A stretch of DNA of 62,443 nucleotides from NCBI GenBank assembly GCA_017959065.1, contig JAGDBK010000068.1, positions 1 to 62,443 on the forward strand, read 5' to 3'. The stretch comes from Clostridia bacterium. Its GTDB lineage: Bacteria > Bacillota > Clostridia > Oscillospirales > CAG-272. The position numbers and the translations under genes were made by a program. The notes under the pieces are model-generated. The model was not told the origin of the DNA, did not search any database, and saw only the letters and a list, made by a program, of their open reading frames with translations. Shown piece after piece: positions 1 through 10,215 of this stretch. How positions within the stretch are numbered: position 1 is the first letter of the stretch; each line of letters begins with the position of its first letter.

Positions 1-462
1 GTACTGGGAATACACCGGTGCCAGAAAACAGTCTCTTCTACCGTATTTTTCAAACAGTATAAGTGCATCATACAGTTCCGGCTCTATCTCGATCTCCCTG
101 TTTGCGCTGTGATTGACAGCATACAGATTCGATACGTCTTCATATTCCCTGTCCGGAGAAAAGATCCTGAACGCCTTTCTTGCTGCTTCGTTGTAGATAT
201 TGGTGATCCTGCTTTTCTCCGAGCCCGCAAATGACCGGGGGACGACATACTTAAACACGAAGTCTATTGCGGACGAATCATCGTCAGAACCCGAAATCTC
301 GATCTCGTTCCATCCCGCGTCGCCGTTAACGAGCCCCATTATTCCGTAAGTGATCGCGCCGATAGCTATTATTAGGAAGATCGAAGCAAACACTATCCGC
401 AATGCCGGATGACTGATTTCCGCTTCTATATTGTCTTCCTGCTTTTTTTTGAACGGAAACAT
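1..462 (-). CDS. Membrane-anchored ApbE-like FAD:protein FMN transferase, N-terminal part (runs off window edge)
   Basis: ATG at 462 with a GGAGGA SD; frame is open to base 1. MFPFKKK...TM helix...SNLYAVNHSANREIEIEPELYDAL resembles the ApbE 'S.is.iN...v.vspel.ell' segment. Not in the ORF track because it is truncated. Confidence 0.5.
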   Translation of the reverse strand, partial: MFPFKKKQEDNIEAEISHPALRIVFASIFLIIAIGAITYGIMGLVNGDAGWNEIEISGSDDDSSAIDFVFKYVVPRSFAGSEKSRITNIYNEAARKAFRIFSPDREYEDVSNLYAVNHSANREIEIEPELYDALILFEKYGRRDCFLAPVYSQY

Positions 463-484
463 AACCAGTCCTCCAAAAAACGGA

Positions 485-518
485 AGAACGCTGCACATTA
501 TAGAAAGCACAGCGTTCT
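485..518 (-). terminator. Intergenic hairpin downstream of oppF (terminator or processing stem)
   Basis: AGAACGCTG...CAGCGTTCT inverted repeat; a T-run follows a few nt later on the minus strand. Confidence 0.45.
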
Positions 519-528
519 GATTCCCTTA

Positions 529-1857
529 CTAAAGAGTAGCTATAAATAATAAGATCATAAACAGCAACGAAACTGCACCTATGGTGATCAGACTGGCCAA
601 CGCTCCTTTTTTGCAGGCTTTGTAGTTGCGGATATAATTTTTCCCGCGGAAAATAAACGCGGCTATCAGTCCAGGAATCGGAAGCAGGAACGACAGGATA
701 ACGAGCCAGATGCTTCCTGTGTCATATTTCGGCCTGGTGAGAATATAGTTTGCACCGGACAGATCCGCGGCCTTGACTCCCTCGGCCCTTTTCTCCTCTT
801 CCTTCCGCTTCTTTTCTTCCTCTGAAAGAATAGTGATCGGCTTCAGCGGTACATTGGCCTCTCTCTGTTCCTTGTATTTCCTGATCTCCTCCTGGTTTCC
901 GTAGATCCAGTGATCGTGCCCGATATTTACCAGCTCGGGCTTGTCTGTCGAGTAGTCATGGATGGAAGGATCATATGTATACAGATGCTTGTTCTTCTCA
1001 AGGATCGGGTCCGGAATGGGTATCGCCGAAATAAGCGAATGAGTATAAGGATGAAGCGGGAAATTAAACAACTCGTCCGTACCCGCTATCTCCACGATGT
1101 TCCCCTTGTATATTACCGCGATCCTGTCTGAGATATATCTGACTATCGACAGGTCGTGAGCAATAAACAAATACGATACGCCGCGCTCCTCCTGGAACTT
1201 TTTCAGTAGGTTGAGGACCTGCGCTCTGATAGACACATCCAGTGCGGAGATCGGCTCGTCGGCAATCACAAGCTCCGGCTCCATAACCATCGCGCGGGCC
1301 AGGCCTATCCTCTGTCTCTGTCCTCCGGAAAACTCATGCGGGTACCTCGTAAGGTGTTCCTTGAGAAGCCCGACCTCGTCTATCATTTCCTCAACTTTTC
1401 TGACCCGGTCTTTTTCGTTTTCGTAAAGATGGAAGTTATAAAGTCCTTCGGAAATAATATAGTCGACTGTTGCGCGCTCGTTCAGAGAAGCTGCCGGATC
1501 CTGAAAGACCATCTGGATGTTCCTGATGACTTCTCTGTCCAGAGCTCTCGATATTTTGCCGGAAATCCTCTTGCCTTTGTAAAGGATCTCACCTGCCGCG
1601 CAGGGATTGACTCTGATGACCGCCCTGCCGACCGTTGTCTTACCGGAACCCGATTCACCGACCAGCGAGAAGATCTCTCCCCTGTAAATATCGAAGCTGG
1701 CATTTTTCACCGCCCTGACGGCATTGCTGCCTTTCCCGAAGGTAATATCGACATTCTTGACTTCAAGGAGCTTTTCTCTTCCGTTTTCGTCAACCGGTCC
1801 GTGCTCGGGCAGTATGCGTCCTCTGCTGCGGGAGGATTTTTCTGTATTCTTATCCAT
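529..1857 (-). CDS. oppF: Oligopeptide ABC transporter ATPase OppF/AmiF with C-terminal two-TM extension
   Basis: Walker [17 protein letters not shown] signature, IADEP Walker B, HPYT oligo_HPY motif; hydrophobic C-terminal tail. Confidence 0.92.
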   Translation of the reverse strand: MDKNTEKSSRSRGRILPEHGPVDENGREKLLEVKNVDITFGKGSNAVRAVKNASFDIYRGEIFSLVGESGSGKTTVGRAVIRVNPCAAGEILYKGKRISGKISRALDREVIRNIQMVFQDPAASLNERATVDYIISEGLYNFHLYENEKDRVRKVEEMIDEVGLLKEHLTRYPHEFSGGQRQRIGLARAMVMEPELVIADEPISALDVSIRAQVLNLLKKFQEERGVSYLFIAHDLSIVRYISDRIAVIYKGNIVEIAGTDELFNFPLHPYTHSLISAIPIPDPILEKNKHLYTYDPSIHDYSTDKPELVNIGHDHWIYGNQEEIRKYKEQREANVPLKPITILSEEEKKRKEEEKRAEGVKAADLSGANYILTRPKYDTGSIWLVILSFLLPIPGLIAAFIFRGKNYIRNYKACKKGALASLITIGAVSLLFMILLFIATL

Positions 1858-1871
1858 TATCTTTCTCCTCC

Positions 1872-3620
1872 CTAAATGTTGAACGCTTCAATGAGCTTGC
1901 CGTGTATGTCTTTTATTATTTCGGGCTTTTCAGTCTGGGGAGCCCTTGGATCAAGCAGCCAGGTTTTTGCCCAGTGTGTCTCGCTGACTTTAAAGAGCGG
2001 GGGCTCCGCGAGAGTATCCACTTTCAGGCAGTAGGGGTTACGGGGTGCAAAGGCGTCTCCGACAATTTTGTTGTACAGAGACGGCGGAGTTCCCGTGATC
2101 GAATACAGCTTCATGCCTTTCTGAGCAAGCTGAGGGAGAGAGGAAAGAAGCGCCCATGTGTAGGGATGCTTCGGGTCGTAGAAAACCTCATCTACTTTCC
2201 CCAGTTCAATAAGCTGACCGGCATAGAGCACGGCAACTCTTTCAGCAACGTTAGCCACCACGCCCAGATCATGGGTGATGAACACTATCGTATAATTGTA
2301 TTCCTTCTGAAGAGCTTTAATCAGTTCAAGTATCTGCGCCTGGATGGTAACATCAAGAGCAGTGGTAGGCTCGTCGCAGATAAGTATTTTGGGCTGGCAC
2401 GAAAGAGCTATCGCTATAACTATCCTCTGCCTCATTCCTCCGGAATACTGGAACGGATAGTCATCGAAACGCTGGTCGGCATTCGGTATTCCCACCTGGT
2501 ACATAAGCTTTAGCGCTCTCTGACGCGCCTCAGCCTCGGAACAGTTCTGGTGCTTCAGTATGGTTGAAGTGATCTGTTTCCCGATCGTGATGATGGGGTT
2601 AAGGCTGGTCATGGGATCCTGGAACACGGTCGCTATCTTGTTGCCGCGGATCTTTTCCCAGTCTTTCGGATATTTTATCTTTGCAAGGTCAAGCACACAG
2701 CGTCCGTGAAGGGTGTTTTCATTTTCGTCTGTGTAATTGACTCTAAGCACATTGCCGCTGTAAACATTTTCGCGAACTGTTTCGTCGCCTATGTCCTCGC
2801 CCATTTTCATGGCCTTTTTGAAAGATCTGAGCAATGTGTTGATGCCTTTTATCCTTCTGAAGAAACTGTATCTTCCTACAGAAAGATATAATTCTTTGGC
2901 CACTTCCAGGTTTCTGGCAGTCTTTTCTTCGGTTATTTCTGCGGAAATCTCAGATTTGTATGCTTTTTTGAGTTCCGCCATTTTTTTCGAATATTCCCTG
3001 TTGTATTCAATATTATTTGACAGGTCTTTTTTTCTGGCCGAGATCAGAGCACGTCTTTCCTTTTCGAGATTTTTAATCTCTTCCTCATATTTTTTGATCT
3101 CCGCCTCGGTCTTGTCTATCTGTTCCTTGTCTGCTTTTCTGTCGAGGGTCTGCTTGAAATTTCCGGCCTCAGTAAGTTTGTACTTCAGATCGGAGATGGC
3201 ATCGTTTATCCGGACATCGTCTTCGTCGGAAATGATCTTTTTTGATTTCCGCTCGGATTTAAGCCCGATCATCGCCTTGTACGTCTCGCCGCCGTTCTCA
3301 AAACTGGAATAGCTGTCGAGCTTGTTGGCAATGTGCTTGACCGCGAATTTGCCGAATCTGCCCAAAGTGACTGAGGTGTCGGCAAGTTCGTCATCGTTGA
3401 AGACTACCGATCCGTTGGAAATGAAACCGTTCTGGTCAAGCATTCCGGCAAAAGTCTTGGTGAAAACGGATTTACCGGATCCGCTCTCGCCGACGATAGC
3501 TATGGATTCGTTTTCATATATATCCAGACTGATCCCGCGGATGGCGGTCAGGATTCTTCCCCTGACTTTGAATTTAACTTCGACGTCCTTGGTCGAAAGG
3601 AGCACTTTTCTGTTTTCCAT
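1872..3620 (-). CDS. oppD: Oligopeptide ABC transporter ATPase OppD/AmiE with large coiled-coil insertion
   Basis: [48 protein letters not shown]. Confidence 0.93.
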   Translation of the reverse strand: MENRKVLLSTKDVEVKFKVRGRILTAIRGISLDIYENESIAIVGESGSGKSVFTKTFAGMLDQNGFISNGSVVFNDDELADTSVTLGRFGKFAVKHIANKLDSYSSFENGGETYKAMIGLKSERKSKKIISDEDDVRINDAISDLKYKLTEAGNFKQTLDRKADKEQIDKTEAEIKKYEEEIKNLEKERRALISARKKDLSNNIEYNREYSKKMAELKKAYKSEISAEITEEKTARNLEVAKELYLSVGRYSFFRRIKGINTLLRSFKKAMKMGEDIGDETVRENVYSGNVLRVNYTDENENTLHGRCVLDLAKIKYPKDWEKIRGNKIATVFQDPMTSLNPIITIGKQITSTILKHQNCSEAEARQRALKLMYQVGIPNADQRFDDYPFQYSGGMRQRIVIAIALSCQPKILICDEPTTALDVTIQAQILELIKALQKEYNYTIVFITHDLGVVANVAERVAVLYAGQLIELGKVDEVFYDPKHPYTWALLSSLPQLAQKGMKLYSITGTPPSLYNKIVGDAFAPRNPYCLKVDTLAEPPLFKVSETHWAKTWLLDPRAPQTEKPEIIKDIHGKLIEAFNI

Positions 3621-3631
3621 AGCCCTACCCC

Positions 3632-4618
3632 CTACATATGGGTTCTCGGATCCGCGGCATCACCGAGGTTCTGTCCGAAGACGAACAGAACTATGGAAAT
3701 GACTGCCGAGATCGCGACAGGGCTCCAGAATTCAAATTCCCATCCGGGAGTGATCATGGCGCTCTGTGCTTCGGAGATCATCTTGCCCAGACTCATTTCC
3801 GAGATGCCCATTCCGATATAGCTGAGAAAGACCTCCATACCGATATACGCAGGTATCTCAAGCGCGGCATATGTCACAATGACGCTGGTCATGAAAGGAA
3901 GGATGTTTTTGGTTGCGATACGCCAGATCGGAGTGCCGAGACATCTGGACGCCATATTGTATTCGCGGTCGCGGATTATAATAACCTGCGTCCTTATGAA
4001 ATACGCGACTGCGAGCCATCCGGTAATGGTCAATGCAAAAACCATCGTCCAGAATCCTGGTTTGAAAATAAGAACTAGAACCGCTATCAGCAGCTCATAA
4101 GGGACGTTTCCGACAATATTGAAGACTTCCGTCATTACTACATCGACTTTTTTCGAAAAGCCCCAGACCGCCCCCGCAAGAATGCCGACGGTCATATTGA
4201 TGAGCGCCACAAGGAAAGCAAGCGAAACAGAGATGCGCGCTCCTGTCCACATAGCGTCGAAAATAGGCTCACCGGCGGATCCGGATCCAAGAATGTAGTG
4301 GATACTGAATCCGAAATAATCCAGCGCTTTCGCGGCGGTCAGATGCTTTGCGTTCGGATCCAGGATATTGGCGAATCTGTCATAGTTGATAAACAGCGGG
4401 TATACATATGTCAAAAGCAGAAGAAGAACGAGAATGCCGATCATAACTATATTGATCTTCTTCTTGAAAAAGACACGGAACACGCTTCGCCAGTATGAGT
4501 ATCTGGGAGCGGTTATTTTCTCCGACTCAAAAGCGGAGTGATCAACATGCGCAAACAGTTCTTCGTCGCTCAGTCCGAATTCGGAAAGATCTACCTGATT
4601 GTTCTCCATGTCTGTCAC
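3632..4618 (-). CDS. oppC: Oligopeptide ABC permease OppC/AmiD
   Basis: OppC N-terminal YSYWRSVFRVFFK, EAA-loop region REYNMASRCLG, C-terminal LGDAADPRTHM, multiple TM helices. Confidence 0.93.
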   Translation of the reverse strand: MTDMENNQVDLSEFGLSDEELFAHVDHSAFESEKITAPRYSYWRSVFRVFFKKKINIVMIGILVLLLLLTYVYPLFINYDRFANILDPNAKHLTAAKALDYFGFSIHYILGSGSAGEPIFDAMWTGARISVSLAFLVALINMTVGILAGAVWGFSKKVDVVMTEVFNIVGNVPYELLIAVLVLIFKPGFWTMVFALTITGWLAVAYFIRTQVIIIRDREYNMASRCLGTPIWRIATKNILPFMTSVIVTYAALEIPAYIGMEVFLSYIGMGISEMSLGKMISEAQSAMITPGWEFEFWSPVAISAVISIVLFVFGQNLGDAADPRTHM

Positions 4619-6186
4619 CTCGCTTTCGATGTGAAGTTGATCCTCGGATCAACAACACTCATAAGAATATCGCCGATAATCAGAGAAACTATGCTCAGAG
4701 CTGCGTAGAACAGTGTAACGCCCACTATGACTCCGTTATCGTAGAAATTAATTGCCTCGATCATCAATCCGCCGACACCGGGAACCACATATACTCTCTC
4801 GGTTATCAGCGCGCCAACAAGCGAGAACAGGATCGCTCCCGGAATTCCGTGGATGATCGGTATGGCCGCGTTCTTGAGTATGTGCTTCCTGAATATCTGT
4901 CCCTCTGAAATACCCGTGGAACGGGCAAACTTAACATAATCCGCATTCTGCTGGTCGACCATGTAACGTCTGAGCCAGCGCATCATTCCGGCGATCGGTC
5001 TCAGCGAAAGCGAAATGATCGGCAGCAGATACATAAGCCACGTCGGATTGTTCATATCAAATGTCGTAGGTATTCCGGTGGCGTTGCCTATAGCCTTTAC
5101 GATAAATATATATGCGAGAGAAGGCATCGCAGTAATGAAAACAACGTAAACCGAACCAATCTGGTCAACGAGCTTGTCTTTTTTCTGGGCCATCCAGATC
5201 GCGATCGGCACACCGAGCAGATATGTCAGAATAACGGAAATAATGCCGATCGTAAAAGAGTAGCCCATTCGGCTCATTCCGTTCTTTACGGTGTCAACGT
5301 TGGTATAGTCATCGGTATATCTTTCGGCAAGAAGCGCACTGGTGTTGAGTGACCCCGCCTGGTATGTGGCTGTATGAAGATCGTCTCCGCTTACTTCCAC
5401 AAACCCCGAGGGATAGTGTACTTCACTGCCGACCCAGGAGCCCTGCGTTCTCGTCATCGTGTCGGTTATCTCCGCGTTCTGCTTGACAGAATAGGATTTT
5501 CCGAGACTTATCGAAACAAGGTTCTGGTGTATGAACGGAAACTGAGAGTCACAATAAAGAAGATATTTGTGATATGTTCCGTTCCCCATCACCGCCGGAG
5601 AAAAAACTTTCCCTCCGTAAGCCGGATCAAACCAGGTGAAGGTGATGCCCCTTTCACCCTGTACCTCCTCGGCGCGGTGAATATTGTCGACTTTAATTAT
5701 ATTTGTAAAATAGTTCCATACCCTGACATACAGAGGAATATCCTTGTACGCAAAGAGCGTCTGATTGCCTCCGACAGCAATTTTTGTTCCGCCCTGCATA
5801 ACAGCGTCAAGGCGCTTTACCGTATATCCCTGGCTCTCGTAATACTCTTTGAACCGCTGTACATATTCCCTGACTGTTTCCGAATCCTTGTCGGGAGTCC
5901 TGCCGAGCTGAGCGACCTTCGTCCTGTCCTCGGCTGCCAGTTCTCCTTTTTTGATCAGTTCGGAGATCCAGTCTCCGTATGCGACATAATCTAGGTACCC
6001 GAAATCTTTCCACTTACGGTATTCATAGACGGTCTTGTTGTTGTTGAGCTGTTTTGTCCAGTTTGAATCATGCGCGAATATGAGTTTTTTATCCATCAGG
6101 GAATAGATCATCACCATTACTATGGCGACGATGACCACGACAGAGAAAATGCCGTGAAGGATACGTTTCAATAAATACTTAGTCAT
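4615..6186 (-). CDS. oppB: Oligopeptide ABC permease OppB/AmiC (large extracellular loop)
   Basis: MTKYLLKRIL start, DYVKFARSTG EAA loop, ITERVY..PG.G, DPRI C-terminus. Confidence 0.93.
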   Translation of the reverse strand: MTKYLLKRILHGIFSVVVIVAIVMVMIYSLMDKKLIFAHDSNWTKQLNNNKTVYEYRKWKDFGYLDYVAYGDWISELIKKGELAAEDRTKVAQLGRTPDKDSETVREYVQRFKEYYESQGYTVKRLDAVMQGGTKIAVGGNQTLFAYKDIPLYVRVWNYFTNIIKVDNIHRAEEVQGERGITFTWFDPAYGGKVFSPAVMGNGTYHKYLLYCDSQFPFIHQNLVSISLGKSYSVKQNAEITDTMTRTQGSWVGSEVHYPSGFVEVSGDDLHTATYQAGSLNTSALLAERYTDDYTNVDTVKNGMSRMGYSFTIGIISVILTYLLGVPIAIWMAQKKDKLVDQIGSVYVVFITAMPSLAYIFIVKAIGNATGIPTTFDMNNPTWLMYLLPIISLSLRPIAGMMRWLRRYMVDQQNADYVKFARSTGISEGQIFRKHILKNAAIPIIHGIPGAILFSLVGALITERVYVVPGVGGLMIEAINFYDNGVIVGVTLFYAALSIVSLIIGDILMSVVDPRINFTSKAR

Positions 6187-6378
6187 AATTCCAACTCATT
6201 TACGATTTAATGCGCCAAAACTGAAAAATGCGCTTTTTCCGGCTGGCCGCCGCACGATGCGGTATGTACCTAACCGGATGAAATGCCCTCTGACCGGGCC
6301 GCTCATCGCATCCGCCTGTAAAGATGAACAGACGAGGCAAAGAATCTGACGTCAGATATCCGAAAAAATAAAAACAGT

Positions 6379-6422
6379 GTATGGGAGGACGGACGTACAT
6401 AAGTACATACATCCTCCCATAC
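6379..6422 (-). terminator. Stem-loop after oppA (partial terminator or mRNA stabiliser)
   Basis: GTATGGGAGGA...TCCTCCCATAC perfect 11-bp inverted repeat, followed by a T-rich tract on the minus strand. Confidence 0.65.
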
Positions 6423-6459
6423 GAGAAGAGATGCTAATCAGTTACGGGAACTGAAAGAA

Positions 6460-8667
6460 TCAGAATATACCGCAGGCCTTGATCATACCGCCGGTGATAT
6501 CGGGAAGTACAGTAGCAAGATATGTCTGAGGATCGCCGTAGTCGGGACCCCAACCGGACATAGCCTGGAACTGAGCATTCATACCGTAACCGTAGTCGGG
6601 ATAATATGCAGCCCACAGATAGTTAGCACGAGAGGTGCAGTCAACGAGGACGATCTGGATGAGTCCGTCAGAAGCAGCCTCAACAGACTGTTTGACCGCG
6701 TTGGACATCTTGGTGTTGGCGCTTGAATCGGAGTAGTAGGGCCACTCGATCTTTATCGGGTTGTCCTTGGAGACAGCGATGCCGTCTGCCTGTGCGGCAG
6801 CAAGCTCGCTCTTTGCATATTCAGGATCGTAGAATCCGTCATAGCCGTCGCCGGTGTTCTTCTCTTTGTCCCAAACGGTGAACTTGACACCGTCAGCATC
6901 GAGCTGAGCCTGCATGATCTCTCCGTAGTAAGTGCCAGCCTTGAACTCAGTAGCCGTGCCGTTGATTTCAACAGTGACATCTTCCGGAATGGATACAAAG
7001 TTGCCGGGTACATAGCTGTTTCTGAGAGAAGTGAGCTTGAGCTCTTCGCCGACAGACTCTGCGTTGTATGCAGCTCTGTCAACAGAAGCAAGGAGCGCTC
7101 TGCGGATATGAACGTTCTGAAGAGCGGTGTTGGCGAAATCAGCCTCGCCCTTGGTAAGAGTGGATACAGCAACGCTGGGATCGTTCGAGTTAGCATAAGC
7201 CTTACGGTTGATGTTAACGAAACCGATAAAGGAAGTGGCGTTGGTGTCGGTGATGTACTTGTACTCATCGAACCAGCCGTCCTTCTTGGCCGCTTCAATT
7301 GCGGAAGCGTTGAGGCCGGTAGCGTCGATGACGCGGTTCTTCATGTCGTTGTAATTCTTGAGCTCATCGGTGCCATCGTTGAACTTGAAGGTCAGGGTCT
7401 TGATGTTGACTCCGTCCTTGTTCCAGTAGGACTCGTTTGCCGTATAGGTAATGGTGTTCTTGGAAGTGAAGTTCGAGATGAGATACGGACCGCAGTAAGC
7501 GATGTGGTCCGGATCGGAACCGTACAGGTAATCCTCAGCGGAAGAATCGAATTCTGCTCCGAATTTACCGCCCTGGCTGGTGTAGTAATCTCTGCAAAGA
7601 GGTGCGAAGGGGTTGTAACCGAACATTGTCGTGAAGTACATGCAGGGCTCAGCAAGAGTATAAACGAGAGTATACTCGTCAGTTGCCTTAACGCCGACTT
7701 CGCTGAAGTCTACTTCGCCTGCAAGATACTCGGGAGCGCCCTTGATGGTGAACGCATCGCCTGCAACCAGTCCTTCAAGTCCGCCCTTGGCGTCGAGAAG
7801 ATGCTGGAAACCAGCAACCCAGTCGTCCGCCTTGACATCGGCGACCTTACGTCCCTGGCTGTCAACCCAGACTGCACCCTCGCGGATCTTGAACGTATAG
7901 GTGAGACCGTCCTCGGATACTTCATAAGAAACAGCGAGTGCGGGCTGCTGAACGTTCTCTATATCATACTCGAGGAGCTGATCATAGGTGTGAACAAGAT
8001 AATCGGTATCAGCTGCACGGTATGTTGCGAGAGCATCCCATGTCTGAGGATCTGCCGTGAAGGTGGTGCTGTAGGAATCTTTAATGGTGTATCCCTTGCC
8101 GGTGAGATACTCTTTGACCCATGCCTCATAAGTGCCGGTGCCTTTGAGTTCATTCCACTTGTCGATCATTTCCGCTCTCTCTGCGGGAAGGATCGGGAGC
8201 TCGCTGTCGACCACGATGGTCTTGTAAAGACGAGCTTCATCTGAACCCCAAAGGGTAGTGGTGGAAGTTCTGGGAGCAATTCTGCCTATTGCATAGTTCC
8301 CGCCCTGGGTCGTCGTGGGAAGCATCATGCCGGAGCCGATGAGTTTGCCTTCGGAAAGAGCGAACAGGGCAAAACGCTCTGCTACGGTCTCAGCCTCAAG
8401 AGCCTTGGTGTAAAGCTCATAACTGTCCTTGAGATTTGCATTGTAAAGATCCCAGGACTCCTGGTTGTACGCGGCCTGATCGATCTCCTGATTGTAGACC
8501 TCTGCTGCAGGTTTGCCTGCATCGGGATCTTCTACCGGAGTCTCGCCGCCTCCGGTTGTATCATCCGGAGCTGCTGTGGTCTCATCAGGGTTGGTCGTAG
8601 GCTCACCGCAAGCTACGAATCCAAGGACCATGACCGCCACGAGAAGCACTGCAAGTAGCTTCTTCAT
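6460..8667 (-). CDS. oppA: Oligopeptide-binding lipoprotein OppA/AmiA-AliA family, apparently circularly permuted
   Basis: Lipobox FVAC at residue 20; SBP family 5 motifs VSEDGLTYTFKIR, YCGPY, NESYW, GWGPDYGDP; strong AAGGAGG SD. Confidence 0.92.
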   Translation of the reverse strand: MKKLLAVLLVAVMVLGFVACGEPTTNPDETTAAPDDTTGGGETPVEDPDAGKPAAEVYNQEIDQAAYNQESWDLYNANLKDSYELYTKALEAETVAERFALFALSEGKLIGSGMMLPTTTQGGNYAIGRIAPRTSTTTLWGSDEARLYKTIVVDSELPILPAERAEMIDKWNELKGTGTYEAWVKEYLTGKGYTIKDSYSTTFTADPQTWDALATYRAADTDYLVHTYDQLLEYDIENVQQPALAVSYEVSEDGLTYTFKIREGAVWVDSQGRKVADVKADDWVAGFQHLLDAKGGLEGLVAGDAFTIKGAPEYLAGEVDFSEVGVKATDEYTLVYTLAEPCMYFTTMFGYNPFAPLCRDYYTSQGGKFGAEFDSSAEDYLYGSDPDHIAYCGPYLISNFTSKNTITYTANESYWNKDGVNIKTLTFKFNDGTDELKNYNDMKNRVIDATGLNASAIEAAKKDGWFDEYKYITDTNATSFIGFVNINRKAYANSNDPSVAVSTLTKGEADFANTALQNVHIRRALLASVDRAAYNAESVGEELKLTSLRNSYVPGNFVSIPEDVTVEINGTATEFKAGTYYGEIMQAQLDADGVKFTVWDKEKNTGDGYDGFYDPEYAKSELAAAQADGIAVSKDNPIKIEWPYYSDSSANTKMSNAVKQSVEAASDGLIQIVLVDCTSRANYLWAAYYPDYGYGMNAQFQAMSGWGPDYGDPQTYLATVLPDITGGMIKACGIF

Positions 8668-8831
8668 TTGGAAAAATCCTCCTTAAAATAATTTGCATTA
8701 AGCATAATAATGAACCACGTCAATATTCGTTAGTCCACCAGGTTGCCGGCCGGTTAACCCGACTCCACGCTACAGACCCCGCTCCGCGGAGGGGTCGACA
8801 AAAGAGCCAAGAACGAGCCTAGCATCGCGTA

Positions 8832-8860
8832 ATTGTATCACGCTTTGCCCGTTTTGTAAA
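8832..8860 (-). promoter_or_regulatory. Sigma-A promoter of opp operon
   Basis: Minus strand TTTACA-17 nt-TACAAT with extended -10 TG. Confidence 0.7.
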
Positions 8861-8934
8861 TACTTTTATGAAAATATGAAGATTATTTGAACAAAATTAC
8901 CGAAACAGACAGCTTGTCTGAACTATATGTTCCG

Positions 8935-10212
8935 TCATTCTGCTCCGCTGATCCTGAGCGCTTTCAGCTTCGTTACTTCGGGAATCACCATGGTATCATA
9001 CTGAACGGTTTCCCTTGAGAATTCCATCGTTCCTGCAGCATCTGTCATTGACCCGGAGACGGATCCGCCAGTCACTACACTCACCTCGCCGTCCTTGTGA
9101 AGATACCCAAGTCTGATCTCTCCGGCGATCTCTCCGCTGAGGAAATCCACCTGAAAACTCGAAAACTCCACCACTTCAAGAAAATCTCCGGTCCTGACGT
9201 CCGCCTTGTCCTTCTGTCCGCCTTCAAACACTGCGTTATGGACAATGGAACTTCTGTCGAGACCGACATACTGTGAAAACTGCCTTGAGCCCCAGTAATT
9301 CTCGGCCACGCCGTTTCTTATGATGAACCTGTCGAATATTTCAGATCCTTCTTCGTCCACTTCAAAATCCATGGAGGAATTTTCTAGCCTGCTGACCGCC
9401 TTAAGGGTTATCTTATCACCTTCGCCTGTGCAGACCGGTTCTCCTATCTTCCAGTCGCTGATTTTCCTGTAAACGCTTCCAGCGCTCATTTTGTTAAGAA
9501 AATAGCTGTATATCTTCGCCGCGTCTGAAGTCGAAAAAACGACATCTCCGGTTTTTATCCTCGGAGTCGGGATCGCTTTCAGTCTGTCCCTGCCGTACCC
9601 CATCAGTTTCTCGATATCCGACGTCAGTCTTTTCCTGTCGCAGGTCCCTGATTTAAGAAGTCTGTACAGTTCTATCTCTTCAGATCCGTTTCTAGCGTTG
9701 ATTACGAGCTCAATGGTCGACGAGGGGTATCTGCACCGGTATTCCACGCCGTTTGAATTCAGCGTATATCTTTCTATCTCTTTTGCGAAGATTTCAAATG
9801 AATTGATAAGTTCCCCTTCTGTCTCGTTAACGCCCAGAATACCGTTTATGTAGTCCCGGCATATGCTTTCCACGTCAACCTCGTCGAGTTTTCCGGGTCT
9901 GTCGGTCTTTTTGCTCACGAGACTGTACGCGGGATTCTTCACAAGGCTTGCCTGAAACACCAGATCTCTGATCTGCTTTTCGATCTCTTCGTCATTCGCC
10001 GTCGGAGAGATACGGCAGGAAGCGCACCCCAGGTATTTGCCGCCGTCCGTCGATTTGTAAAGTTTAACATCGTAGTTCTTTTCACGGACGACCCTGTGCT
10101 GATCCAGTTTGTGCCTGATGAAATAGAATTCCCAGCAGACGCTCGCCGTTTCCTGGATCTCCCATCCGTCGCAACCGCTTGATTTCAAATGACTCTTAAG
10201 CTTTTCGATCAT
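8935..10212 (-). CDS. PmbA/TldE-family metalloprotease partner
   Basis: Directly follows tldD; C-terminal DEEG...IIRNG and TGGSVSG motifs; lacks HExxxH. Confidence 0.8.
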   Translation of the reverse strand: MIEKLKSHLKSSGCDGWEIQETASVCWEFYFIRHKLDQHRVVREKNYDVKLYKSTDGGKYLGCASCRISPTANDEEIEKQIRDLVFQASLVKNPAYSLVSKKTDRPGKLDEVDVESICRDYINGILGVNETEGELINSFEIFAKEIERYTLNSNGVEYRCRYPSSTIELVINARNGSEEIELYRLLKSGTCDRKRLTSDIEKLMGYGRDRLKAIPTPRIKTGDVVFSTSDAAKIYSYFLNKMSAGSVYRKISDWKIGEPVCTGEGDKITLKAVSRLENSSMDFEVDEEGSEIFDRFIIRNGVAENYWGSRQFSQYVGLDRSSIVHNAVFEGGQKDKADVRTGDFLEVVEFSSFQVDFLSGEIAGEIRLGYLHKDGEVSVVTGGSVSGSMTDAAGTMEFSRETVQYDTMVIPEVTKLKALRISGAE

Positions 10213-10215
10213 TTT

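Noticed and set aside
7108-8244. 378-aa plus-strand ORF antisense to oppA, and the many other antisense or overlapping ORFs in the track
   Set aside because: These are shadow ORFs caused by codon bias in real genes; they have no motifs or SD.
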